From positions 1 to 63,563 of the forward strand of contig JALAGF010001691.1 of the NCBI GenBank assembly GCA_030167865.1: a stretch of DNA of 63,563 nt, given 5' to 3'. This DNA is from Craspedostauros australis (lineage: Eukaryota). Made by a program: the position numbers and the translations under genes. Shown here in pieces: positions 24,736 to 37,008 of the stretch. How positions within the stretch are numbered: position 1 is the stretch's first letter; each line of letters begins with the position of its first letter. Under the pieces are notes generated by a model. The model saw only the letters and a list, made by a program, of their open reading frames with translations, did no database searches and was not told the origin of the DNA.

Positions 24736-27700
24736 ATGAAGGTCCAACAATCCGCTCTATTGCTATTTCTGTGCCTTTCTCTGCAGCAGCGCCAATGCTT
24801 CGCCTTCCAACCAGCGCTACGGCGATCGGTGGTTCCATCGGTGGTCCCATCGGTGGTGCCATCGCGAGCATCCCTGACGCTGTCGTCGAACATCGTCACA
24901 TCTTCGGAGGTGGGTGCCGCGACGTTGAACGTGGCCGATGAGACGGGCGACTTTCCGTATGACGACGCAAGCCTGGGCGGAGATGAGATCATGGAAGCCG
25001 ACATCGAAGTCGAAGTGGATGTTGTTGACAAGGACGATGAAGAGGATGAAGAGGATGAAGAAGATCGGGAGCACATCACTCATGTCATGAACAAGGCGCT
25101 GCACCACTTGGACGACTACACGCACAGTGTGATGGAAGCCGAACCAGGAACGCTGTCACGTGAGCTCGTGGACATGGCGTTCCCTCTCATCTTCACGTGG
25201 GCCAAGAAGAAGACTGTGAAGAGCGCGATGATGGCAGAACGCCTCGTCGAACGCATGGAAGCAGAACAAGCAGCCGGCAACCAAAAGGTCTATCTCAAGA
25301 ACAAGTACTTCGGCGTCCTTGTCAACGCTTGGGGGAAGGCCGGGCGTCCGGAAGAGGCCGAACGCATAATTCAGAGGATGAAGGACCTTTCCGAGGAAGA
25401 CATCACGTTCGGGCCAACCCGCGTCTCCTACAACTCCCTCATGAATGCCTACGCCTCCCAAGACGACTTGGACCGCGTCGTGGAGATACTGACTTTCTTG
25501 GAGGACAACGCCAACGATCCCTTCCTACGACCCAACACCAAGGATTACAACGTCCTGCTCAGTGCCCACGCCCGAAAAGGCGATGCGCGCGGCGCAGAAA
25601 GTATCCTCAAGCGCATGGTGGACCAATGCCACATGGAGGAGGCTCAGGCGCAAGCAAACGAAGATACGGCCAGCAGCAGCACTGGTGCCAACGAGCCTGT
25701 GGTGTGCTCGTGTCAGCCAGACTTGATATCGTACAACACGCTCATGTCAGCGTGGGCCCGTTCGACAGAGACCGGGAAGGAGCAGCGGTCGATGGAGATT
25801 TTGAGCGCCCTCATCGAGCAGGCAGACAGCGGCGATCCGAGCATGGAACCGTCAGCGCGCACGTACTCCGAGGCCATCCGAACGATATCAAGCGGCGACA
25901 TCGACGACAAGACGCAGAAAGCCCAGGAGATATGGAAGGTATGCCGGGAACGCAACTGCGCGGTCGACAGCTACATGTTCGGCACCTTCCTCAATGTCTT
26001 CGCCTCGCACGACAACGACCGTGGCGCCGCTGAGGCGGCCGAAGACATTCTGGATCAGATGGAGTCGGAAGGTTTCGCCAACAACGTGTCCTACAACGTC
26101 GTCCTGAAGGCATGGAAGTCGTGCAAAGGCGACGATGCCGCCGCCAGGGCGGAACGGATCCTGGAACGCATGGAGGCTCGCAAATGCGCCGACACCGTCA
26201 GCTACGGCACCGTCATCGCATCGTACGCCGCCCAGCACACCAAGCTCGCAGCCGCCAAGGTCGATGCCTTGTTGGAGCGCATGGACGCGAACGGGCATCC
26301 CAGGAACACCCTCATCATGAACAGCGTCCTCAACGCTTGGGCCAAAGCCGGCCAGATCGATCGCGCGGAAGCCATCCTGACGGAGATGGAACAATCGTAC
26401 TACGACAGAAAGGCCAACGGCGACGATGACGACTACGACCACAGCGACGGCGAAACCACCGCCAGAATCAGCCCCAGCGCGATCTCGTACTCCACGATTA
26501 TCAATGGTTACACCCGCATGCGAACACCGGAGCATGCTCGCAAGGCCGAGGAACTCTTCGAACGCATGCGGCGCATGTACAAGGCCGGAAATGTGCGTGC
26601 GCGGCCCAATTTCGTCGCTTACGTCTCGCTCGTCGACGGCATCGTCAAGTCGGGCGCGGAGGATGCCGCAGCCAAGGCCGAAGCCATTCTGTACGAGATG
26701 CACAACGAATACAAGCAGCGTGGGTCCGAGGAAATGCTGCCAAACGTGCAAATCGTCACCAGCGTCGTTTCCTGCTGGCAAGTCACGAACAGCCTTGAAG
26801 GCGCAGAACGAGCCGAAGGCTTGCTGAACTGGCTGCTGAAAATTTGCGAGGAGGAGCAGAAGCCGGAATTGTGCCCGAACGAGTTCACCTTCTCTGCTGG
26901 TACGTGCATATGACACCTACATGCGGATGTGTGTGTGTGTGTGCGTATGCGTCTGCGTGTACAATCATGTATGATGATATGCACGAATGTAGCGACACGG
27001 TGGTGGATACAGAGACAGATACTATCCCACGATGCCCATGTGATGACGTGGTCATGCCATCGAATGTGCGATTTCATCGAACCTGTTGGCGGCTTTGGGG
27101 TCGAGTACTATGGCGTATGCTTTGTTCTAACACTCCAGTGCAACTTCTTCCGGTCATTGCCCTATCCTCGTTCCTTGAGCATTCCTCACTGATCTCTGCT
27201 CTCTGCTTGTCCTCAGCAATCCGCGCATGGGGCAGATCGCGTTCATTCGGCAATGCCGAGCGTGCCTATGCTCTCTTGTCGCAAATGAAGCGATTGCGTG
27301 CGGAAGGCAAGATCGAGGCACGCCCAAACATATTCTGTTACAATGCCGCTCTGAATGCCTGTGCTTTCTCTCACTTCGACGAGAACAAGAAGACTGCCAA
27401 CCTGAACCTCGCCATCACGGTGTTCAAGGAGATGCAAGCTTCGTCGGATTGCGCACCTGATGAAATGTCATACGTCAACTTGATCGCTGCGCTGAGAAAC
27501 CTGATGCCGCCATCTCCAGAGAGAGTGGCTGCTGTGTCGAACGTGTTCCACCTGTGTGCGAAGAATAGGCAGCTAGACAAAACGGTGATCCAGCGTGTCC
27601 AAACAGCATTGACCATCGAACAACGCAAGGAGTTGGTCGGCTCAGACAAAGTCAATGAGAAGGGGTGGATCATGGCGAACAGGCTCCCGAAGGAATGGTT

Positions 27701-27761
27701 CTCCGAAGCAGAACCAACTGACGAGGCTGACCGCCGCAAGAGGAGGAATAACGGAAGATGA
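24736..27761 (+). CDS. Plastid-targeted pentatricopeptide-repeat (PPR) protein (about 902 aa); exons 24736..26899, 27217..27761
   Basis: Signal peptide MKVQQSALLLFLCLSL...CFA-FQP. Many PPR units (VSYNSLMNAYA, ISYNTLMSAWARS, VSYNVVLKAW, ISYSTIINGY, FCYNAALNACA). Phase-1 intron GCTG|GTACGT...CCTCAG restores FSAAIRAWGRS. Confidence 0.92.
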
Positions 27762-28167
27762 TCCTGCGCATCACGCCCAAGAACGTTGGTGCATGGATGC
27801 GCATTACCGGAGATCTCTCCTCTAATCGCACGCATGCCACACATCACGTGTCCCCCATGACACGGAGTGCAATGTGAACAAAACATGGCAGAAGCAGAGT
27901 AGCCACTAATAATGCCCTGCACGGAAGGAAAATGAAGATAATCATCGTTCTATTCAATTGCAATCCTTCGTGGTTCGGCCCATGTCGTTGTGCGCGGCGT
28001 GGTACGAGAATGGTGTTGCTTGTTCTCCTCGGTCTTGCCTTGCCGTATTGCTTCTTGGATTGCGATCCCTGAAGATCACTGCGCTGATATCGTGCGCATC
28101 GTCCTTGTTCGCAAAGGCGCGAATGGAAACTGCACGCTAGCATTGACAGGGGACCATTTAGAGCCGC

Positions 28168-31100
28168 TTATGCAAGGTACTGTTCGATCATGACGGAGAT
28201 TGAGGGGAAGCCAACGGTAGATAGGGTGGATGTGCATGCACGAGAGAGTGAAAGCCAATTCGAATAACATTTCAACGTAGGCATACCGCAGGAGTAGGAA
28301 ATATTCGTGAGAAATTGATTTGAGCATGGTCGATATGATCCGTGCGCAAGTGAACGTCCTGTGTATCAAAGGGCATGCAATCCGTGCCACATGACAAACA
28401 ATAAGCAAAGAGCAATTGCCGACACGCATCGTCACGACCATCACATTGCCGATGTGGTATACTTACATTGTAGACATGGGCGTTGTCCTTGCTACGCTCC
28501 AGGTATTCACGCTCGATCAAGGCTTCGATGCGCTTTTTGACAACACGGGGGTTGGGATTGAAGAAGGCCAGCTGCGCCAGCACTTCCGACAGTAACTGCT
28601 GGTGCTGCAAAGTCTTTCGCGCCTTCATGATACGCACGATCGCAGCTTCGATGGCGATGGAACGGTCTTCCTCGACCTTCTTCGTGTTGATGGAGGAATC
28701 GAGGGAGGCCATTGGGATGCGGACCTTGCGCATGTTGCTGGAGAACTTGGCATTGGCCTTGAATTTGTCGGCGGTGTTGATCTTGTTGCCAGCCGGTGAC
28801 TTGGTCAGCACCTTGTGTTTGCCACAGGACAAGGAATGCATCAGCGGCTTCAGGATGCTATCCTCCAGGTTGAGCTGCTGGCCGAGCTCGGCGAAGGTTC
28901 TCGTCACACCGTCGTTCATGACGCCCATGGCGATCGCCTGGAGAGTGGTGACCTGGAAATCGTATGACTTCTTGCCGAACACACCACGGACAGATGCGTT
29001 TCCTTGCGAGAAGATCCACTTCAGCTTTCTCTTTTGGTGCTTCTGGTCGTGCCACTCCTTGAACACCTCCAAACAGCTCGACATGTCTGGCGTGAGGGTG
29101 ACTTCTGGGCTCTTGTAGGTTGGCCAGAAGCCGGTTGTGAGAACCTGGACGGAAAAGTCCAGCTTGGTATCCATCTGCTCCCGTCGCTGTTCGAACTCCG
29201 ATCGCTGTTCGCTGCCAACGGCGAGATCCGCCAGCATACCCTCCATCTTGGAAGTGAATTGGGTTCCGCACTGCATCTTGAGCTTGGCGATCATGAGCTT
29301 CTCCGAATCATCGCTTGTCGATCGCTGACTCAGCAGTCGCTTGGCGAGCTGGTTGCGATAGATCTCCGCGAACATGTCCTTGTCGGTGAGGTAGGAAAAG
29401 AGCTGGACGATCTTATCCAGCGAATCCTCCACCTCGGCCTCGCTCAGCTTCTCGCCGCCGCTCTTCAGGATGCGGTCACAGAATGTCGACATCAGCTCGG
29501 CGTTCGTGTACTGCCCCACGTTCTTGTTCACGATTTCCACGAAGGCGTCCTTCAGAGCGCGCTGGAAGAGAGAGTGTCCCGCGAAGTCGTTGCGGACGAC
29601 GCCCAGGTACTTGTCATGCAGCTCGATCAAGGTTCGGACGAATTTGGGATCGTCGTTCTTGTCCTTCTCGCCACCGTCCAGACGCGCCTGACGACGGTTG
29701 ACAATGTCCGCGCCCATGGATGCGATGAAACCCTGCACGATGTGCGCCATGGGGTTGAGCCCATTCTCCAAGCGCCCGAAGAGGCGGAACATACGCTGAA
29801 GGTCCTCCGACTTGTCATTCTGCAACAAGGCGCGGCATCCCGACGATTCCTTCTCCAGCAGCACCAGCTCCACCTTCTCCAGAACTTCCTCGTCAAGGAC
29901 CTTGAGGATCTTGCTCTCCGATGACGGGTTGAGGTAGTCAGCGACACGAGTTCTTTCCGAAGTGAGTGCCTTCTCAGCCTTGATGAGATAGTCCGGTGTG
30001 GAGTCGTTGATCCATTCCTCGCGCTTCTTCGCGTAGAAGTCGCGGGTGGAAACCAGCAAGGGCTCCTCCAGATGCGCATCGTACGTCTCCAGGGTTCCCA
30101 TCCCCATGCCTTCGTACAGCTCGACGACACTCTTGATGAGGGACTTGTCGACGATGCGACCCTCGCGCTCTTCGTTGATGAGATCGAGGATTGCCGAAGT
30201 CGTCTCTGCCTTCATCTCCTCGTACACGTAAGTTCGGAAGCAGCGCAGTCCGGCCTCGCTGAGGGTTGGGAGCGAATGATGCTTGACGTAGTACCGATCG
30301 AGGTATGTGAAGAATTTCTTGAGCCATTTGTTCATGATCTGGTGATTCGCCCAGCGGTGCTGCAGCTCGGTGAGGAGGATGGTCCCGCCTTGTCCATTCT
30401 TGTTCCGCAAGGCTGGGACTACGTGGTTGGTCAGGTACTGCTCGATCGTCTCTCCATGTCGCTGGTACAGCTCGCGAGACCAGTTGTACGGTGTTCTCTG
30501 CGTGCACATGTCGTAGCAAACACTGCACGAATAGTGTATGTGCGCGCGTTGTGCGTGTGAGAGTGATTGAAGCATGTGGAATGCAGTATGTGGTATTGCG
30601 TGAGTGCGGATCATCATCGAGCACCACGGACGGTGATACGATGCGGATTTGTTCGCAGCACACAGATGATTCCATGGTTGACGACATCCATGTCGATGTT
30701 GAGTCGGTACAGATGCAAGCGAAGAAGCATGCGAGCAAAGAGATGATAATTGTGAGAATACTCGTGGAGAGTTTAAGAGTTTTGGATGTTCGGCTGGTTG
30801 CGGTTTGACCGTTGCTTTGCCCCATCTTGCCTGGCAGCGTCATCCATCACCCTGCCTTCGCAGGATGCTGCAGGCCTCGAGAATCGCTGTTCATGAACTC
30901 ACGTGTAAATGGCAACATATTCGCGTGGGCCGAACATGCTGGCCTGGCCGGTCTTCATGCCACCGTTCAGCATGTCCTCCAACTTGTCGATGGCCTGCAG
31001 TTGGTGAGGTTTTGCATGTTTGTGAGGAAAGGGCATCAACATCGCAAATGAACAAATGAACATGGCAGATTTGGTTGCGTTGTCGTTGAGCCGAGTTGAT

Positions 31101-31678
31101 ATGAGTTGTATTGTAATGTGTTGAATCGGTTTGGATGGAAGGAAAGCAGCAGAGCAAAGATATCCGAGGTAGATGTGTGAGATGCCAGACCAGCACGACT
31201 GAAGTATTGGATGCAGAAAGCAAGGCTGCCGCGAACATGGCAGTGTCCTCGTGTGATGGCTGGACGCACATAACAGCTGATGCCTTTCTCGCTGACATGT
31301 TCTCCTCATGCTGGTTAAATCGAGGGTGGCTGGACCCTCTTGGACTTGGCGGTCTTGGAGTCGGCGCTGTTGCCCCAGCAGCATTGTCATTGTTGCCATT
31401 GTTGCGATTGTTGCCACCACATGGTGTCTCTCGCGCAGCACGAAAAAGATCACGAAAGAAGAAACTCTGCGTTCTTTCCCACAGACGGGGAGATCCACCA
31501 AGGAAATCACGTGCGATCAAGAGAGACAGACAACCAACATGACCGCAGGTTTGCTCGTAACCATGTGCCGTTCGGCTCATAACCATCTCTCATCTTGCAT
31601 CTTCCATACCTTGGCCTTGATCTCGTTCGTCCACCCATCATCGAGAGAGATGAGCTGTGGTGGGTTGTTGCCTGCCAT
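28168..31678 (-). CDS. CUL1: Cullin (CUL1-like E3 ligase scaffold, about 742 aa); exons 31678..31610, 30994..30903, 30522..28467, 28179..28168
   Basis: YDMCTQ, FTYLDRYYV, DKDMFAEIYRNQLAKRLL, LTTGFWPTY, and the neddylation domain IEAAIVRIMKARK...KKRIEALIEREYLER. All four exons join in frame with GT-AG ends, and the last exon supplies the canonical YLA*. The cullin subtype is inferred. Confidence 0.95.
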
Positions 31679-32242
31679 GGTTGCTCTCTGTTCTCCTTGT
31701 GTTTCTCTTATTATGTGTTCCTGAAGTTCTGCGTCGTTGTTTTCGTTGTGGCTGTTGTTGTTGTCGTTGCCCTTGTCGTTGCTGTGTCTGTTTCGCCTCG
31801 TGCGAGCAACTCGCCTCCTGTTCTTGCAGCGCAAATCGTCTTCTTTGTCTCCTTCGATTTGATTCAGTGTCCACGATGTTCGCTGTTCCATCCACGTTCT
31901 CGTGGTTGTGCCCGCATCCACTGCGTGGATCGCGCAGAGTGCGATCTTCCACGCCTGGCAAAAACTCGAGTAAACACGGCGTCTTGTTCGTTGTGCCGAA
32001 GTTCACCGCACAAGTCTTGGCAAAACACGACACGATTATTCGATGGTTGGATTCATTCGACTCGTACACAGATGCCTATGTCGTGCACGTTTGGATCGAT
32101 AGATCGGCCACCACACATCATTGTGTGAATTTCACAGACAAAGCAACAACCGGAATGACATTGTGTCAATTATTATGGATCTATATGTAACATGCCGCGC
32201 CTCCCAACTATCGCCTTCAAATTGCATCATGATTTGACTTGC

Positions 32243-32268
32243 TGTTGTTGTTGTTGTTGTTGTTGTTG
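32243..32268. repeat. (TTG)n microsatellite at the left edge of the CpG-poor island
   Basis: Directly visible. Confidence 0.9.
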
Positions 32269-32412
32269 TACTGGTCAGTGTTGTGCTTAGGATAGCGTTG
32301 TCTATTGCCATGGCCTGCTGTGTCTCTATCTCTCCTGGAAGATGAACACATTGCTCTTATTTTCTGGGGCATGAGAGTTGGTTAAGGTTTGCTTGTCTAA
32401 GTTTCCATTCAG

Positions 32413-33471
32413 CTACGCATCCTTTGGTCTCAAACATCCTCGCAGCGAAGAATTGGTTTTCAATGTTCGTCCAGTGCCATGGTACAAGAATTGCACTTTT
32501 GGCATTTCTGTTTTGTTGACGCAACCATCCGGAGCAGAACAGAGGACAGTAGAGCATGGAGTAGCGCTCTTGCAACGTTCCTGAAGACGATTCAACGATG
32601 CTGTCGTATTCATGGATTGAACGATCGCATTCAAATGGGCTCTGTTCATTTTGGTAATGCTATGCCATGAGAGTGCATAACAATATCAGTGTTGATTTTG
32701 GTTGTTCATACCATGCTTCAATTCTCTTGGCACTTGTAGGTTACACTACCTGTCGAAGCCGTTCAGGTTGACGTCAAGGTTTGAGTGGACATCCAGGTTT
32801 GAGGGAATGCCAAGTGATCTTGCAAAGGTCACCAAATCAAGTGAAAGCCAATACAATAGCTTGGCTGTACTAAGCGTGGTTGTGTACTGTTTCTTGAATG
32901 TGATTTGTGCCAATCTGCAGTATTGCTATCTCTGTTCAGTACAATCTCCATAGAGTAGCTTGCTCTGAGGCCATGAGCCTATCTCTTCATTTTGAAGGTT
33001 GAGATGAGGATCATTGTTGCAATTTGTATGCATGCTCATATGCATGGATGCAAGAATGCATTGCTGGCTTGTTTGAGTTGGCTTGTGATATGGGATGTGC
33101 TCACCCGTTGGCAGCCGACATCGAATAAAGGAGGTTGAGGATCATGTGGGCCAGACTTCACTGAGCTGATGCGCCATTGCCATGATTTCATGAAGATGTT
33201 GGCAAGGTTGGATTGGATCTTGTTGTTGTTGGCAGTGTTGTTGTTCTTTTTCTTGAGTGCTTTGTTTGTTCTTCTCTTGATGGTCTTGTTCTTTGGTTGG
33301 GAGGTTGCTGACCAATGACCTTTGCCACCAGCAGTGGCAGTACGAGCAACAGTCTGTGTGTGGTGGTGGATGCAGTTCAGTGATGGATTCTGTCTTGATG
33401 TCGCCAAACTCCTGTGCCAGGGAAAGGCATGGAATTGAAAGGAAACATTGGATTATGAGCTCACAGCACAA
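32413..33471 (-). pseudogene. Decayed reading frame inside a CpG-depleted island (gene or transposon relic)
   Basis: One frame of about 350 codons with only four internal stops (TGA, TAG, TAG, TGA). The sequence is low in CpG and rich in TG/CA. No family recognised. Confidence 0.35.
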
Positions 33472-34156
33472 GCCATTTACTTCTGATGTGGTCTCTGCTC
33501 TGCTGCGTACGATTCAGCTGCAAGTGTCCTATCTAACGCTCAAATAACTGTTAATAACGTCTGCATCTCCTTGTCACCATCGCACGAGCCGTTCGTTTGT
33601 GGGAGTGACTTCCGAAGAGTCAAATCCAAACACCGCGTGAAGAAACAGAACCCGAAGTGTTCTGATTCGCATCATCTGCTGAGTGGAGGTCTGCCCTTTT
33701 GTGATTGGATGTTTGGCAGATTGATTTCTCTGAGCTGGACCGTACGTGGAAACCCTACCAAGATCTTAGTTGCCCTGACGTCACGGCGCGGAGGATCTTC
33801 CACCTTTCTCTTCTTTTGACTTCGACGCGCGACGGTGCGCAGCAACAGACAGAGAGACAGAAGGCAGAGAGAGAAAGAGACATCACATCAACAGCGAATG
33901 ACAGCCACCAACAACACCACGTAACTCGCCGCCAACATCATCAACAACGCCAACACAGATCCCCCGCATCTCCTCCCGTCGAGTCTCGTTTCCGCAACAC
34001 TTTTCGCCTTTGGATCTCGCCCGCACACATCCACAAAGTGACATCAACAGCATCAGGCCGACAAGAACTTTTATTGTTATACAACCTTCCCTGTCTGCCC
34101 ATTCCCCACAACACCGCAACACCGCAACACCACCACAGCAAAGAAGTAAGAACACA

Positions 34157-36124
34157 ATGAAGTACTGCGCTGCGATCATCCCAGCGGCCGTCGCGGCTGC
34201 CACCATCACCACTGCCGCCGCCTTCGCACCAGCCACCTTCGTGAGAAGCGCAGGCAGCGCCCAGAGCGCCTCCGAGACGTCCTCCTCCGCTCTCTTCATC
34301 TCCTCGTGGGGCAAGAAGGGACCACCAACCCGCGGGGCCGATTCCGGCCTCGGCAAGCAGAGCCCCGCGGACAACATCCAGGCCTACCTGCCCCAGCCAG
34401 ACTCCGTGGAGGCCCGCAACACCCTCGACGGCAAGGTCCTCGTGAGCGGCCTGGTGCAGACCAAGGAACGCACGGACCAGCTCCTCTTCGACTTCTGCAA
34501 CGACGCGGAATCCGCCTTCGAATTCGACAAGATCGTCGCCTTCGTTCCTGACGTCAAGTTCGCCAAGAAGCGCCTTCTCAGCCGATCGGCGCGCTACGGA
34601 GGACTGCTCAACAAGCTCGAGTTCGAAGAGCAGACCCGCGACGAGGAGGGCACCGTCACCACCACCGTCCCCACCCTGGACCAGATGAAGGGCGTCAAGA
34701 GCTGGATCGTCTACCTCGATGATCCTGCCACCATGGTCGATCAGCTGGCGCAGACAGTCGCCGTGGCCAGGGACTCCAGCGAGCTCGAGAACCTCGCCAT
34801 CCTCCTCGCCAACTCCCAAGGCCTCGACCTCGCCTCCAGCCAGACCATCCTGGAATCCCTCAAGGCGGACAACGGCACTTCCTACACCCTCTGCGCCGTC
34901 GGCAAATTGACGGACACCGAGGAAGGCAAGGCACCGTACAAGTACGCAGAATTCGCCACCGAGGAGGGCGTGTTGCCACAGAACGCCAAATACTCACGCA
35001 ACGAGGCCTACCGTCTCATCACCGAATGTCTGCAGCTCGAGTGCGGCGTCAACAAGGCGCTCACCTTCTCCGAGGTCACCGATGAGGACGAGCCCGAGTA
35101 CAAGCTCGTCAAGGGACTCCGCGAGGGAGGTTACGTGCGCATGCAAGAAATTGATCACATGATCCGCAACGGTCCAGAGGTGAGCCACCCATCATGGACA
35201 ATCCCGTACTGCCTCGTATTGCCGTTTGCTCTATTCCACGGCCTTGCCTTGTCTGATGGTTGCTGCACACACATTTGGCCGCAGCAGCTCTGCACCAATT
35301 GCGGTTTCACGTTGAGTTCATGTCATATTTGCGCAATTGTTGTTGATGGTATCTTCGCAATACTCCATCCTGCTCTACTCGAACTGCTATTTATTGTCAC
35401 ATTCGCCTCACCATTTCCACATCGCGTCTTGTCTCTCGAATTCTCCAACATCGCTCGCCAAATACTGTTGCTCTATCAACAAACGACGCCGACAACGATG
35501 ACAATTACAATACAATTACAACCCCGATACATTGCAATTGACGAAATGAAAAAACAAAACAAACACTGCTCAACTCCATTTTGAACACGAATGCAGGCCT
35601 ACAAGAAGGCCATCGAGGAATTCGATGAGAAGAACCCAGACTACAAGAGCGGCGTCTACACAACGGAAGCCTGGTGGGAGGAGCCAAGATTCAAGGAACA
35701 GCTGGCGCAGCTCCGCGCCGAGCAGGGACAGACCGACAAGGACAATGGCGTCGAGGAAGAGGTTGTCAAGGACGAGAGGACGTTGAAGATCGAAGAGATC
35801 GCCACTGACTGGGCAAAGCGTGAGTACTTCAAGCAAAACATGGACGGAACCATCGATGAGAGCATGACCGAGGAGGAGTACACCAAGTCCGTCTGGGACC
35901 GCGCCCTCTTCGAGGGTGACCTCAAGTACAGACAGATGAATGGCGAGACCCCGGACGCTGAGGCCGAGCTGGCAGACTTCAAGGTGCGCCAGGAACGCAA
36001 AGAGCAGACCATGCTGGAACGTGCCAAGGCCGAGCTCACCGAGATACTGGAGGAGGAGAACTTGGGTGGAAAGGACTTGGAGGAAACGTTGTCGAAGATC
36101 GAGCCAAGGAGCAGCAGCGACTAA
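34157..36124 (+). CDS. Plastid-targeted protein of unknown function (about 516 aa), possibly with a degenerate NAD(P)-binding-like fold; exons 34157..35179, 35597..36124
   Basis: Classic diatom presequence MKYCAAIIPAAVAAATITTAAA-FAP. Strong C/G-ending codon bias. Phase-0 intron GAG|GTGAGC...ATGCAG joins NGPE to AYKKAIEE. The fold is a weak inference. Confidence 0.85.
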
Positions 36125-36849
36125 ACCATCGGGGAGTGAGGGACCGCAATCGATGTTCCACCTGCAAAGCTTGCCTGTGCATCGCGGCTGTGCGTCGCGG
36201 CTCCCATGCCCCATCTCCACCTTCCTTCACACTCATGATGCATTGCATGATGTTTCGCAAAACATGATATTTGTATCACCAAATACCTATACCAAACCTG
36301 CATACCATACTTCTGCAATGCTCCTGCAAATACACGATACTCGCAACGCAGCGGAATGAGCCAATTGGGCAATAGGCATCTCCCTCGTGCCATTCTGATT
36401 CGTTCGGGTTGATGGCAATCATATCGAGTTCTGTCAGCACTTGTGGCTGAGAGATTGCGTGGCACTCACTCCTTGATCCGTTGTCACACAAACGCAACGA
36501 TCGAGATCAAAATGCAGGAGGCCTGCGAATACTCCTCGGCGCAATACGATACCACACTCTCTAGAGATCAGCATACTTTTCAACAGCGCCGCGAGTCCCA
36601 TCGTATGTAGCATGGTATGCATATTCTAAAACGAGCTTCGCATGTGTGCGGAATAGTCGTTGGACAGTAGTGATTCCACTCGTAGCCAATCAAGTTCCAT
36701 GTTGCGACACTGCGTACTTGTGGGTGTGGTCTGACTATGGCATGAAGCAAGCATGATAAACTTCACAGTATCGGATGATCTAATCAATGATGCCCATGTT
36801 GTCCTCTCGAAACACGCATTCGAATTGGTGCTGCGTTGACTTCGACACT

Positions 36850-36933
36850 GCCTTGTGCTGCGTCAGATTGGGGAACGCTGCTTGGTCGTTCATTGCGGAC
36901 CAAGCGCGCACTCATCGTCATTCCAGCACTGGC
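36850..36933 (-). promoter_or_regulatory. Candidate SECIS element in the 3' UTR of Sec-MsrA
   Basis: Minus-strand RNA: GCCA-GUGCUG-GA-AUGAC-GAUGAGUGCGC-GCUUGGUC-CGCAAUGAAC-GACCAAGC-A-GCGUUCCCCAAUC-UGAC-G-CAGCAC-AAGGC. Helix I GUGCUG/CAGCAC encloses an AUGA/GA core, and there is a perfect 8-bp apical stem. It lies about 75 nt after the stop codon. Confidence 0.6.
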
Positions 36934-37008
36934 GGCGTATTAATACTTGTAGGTGTATCCGGAGCATCAACCGGCAACCAACCAATGCCATCTGATAGCG
37001 TCCATGTC

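Noticed and set aside
36725-36770. Alternative GUGA...GA SECIS candidate further downstream of MsrA
   Set aside because: Weak pairing, no apical adenosines and no convincing helix I, compared with the 36850-36933 hairpin.
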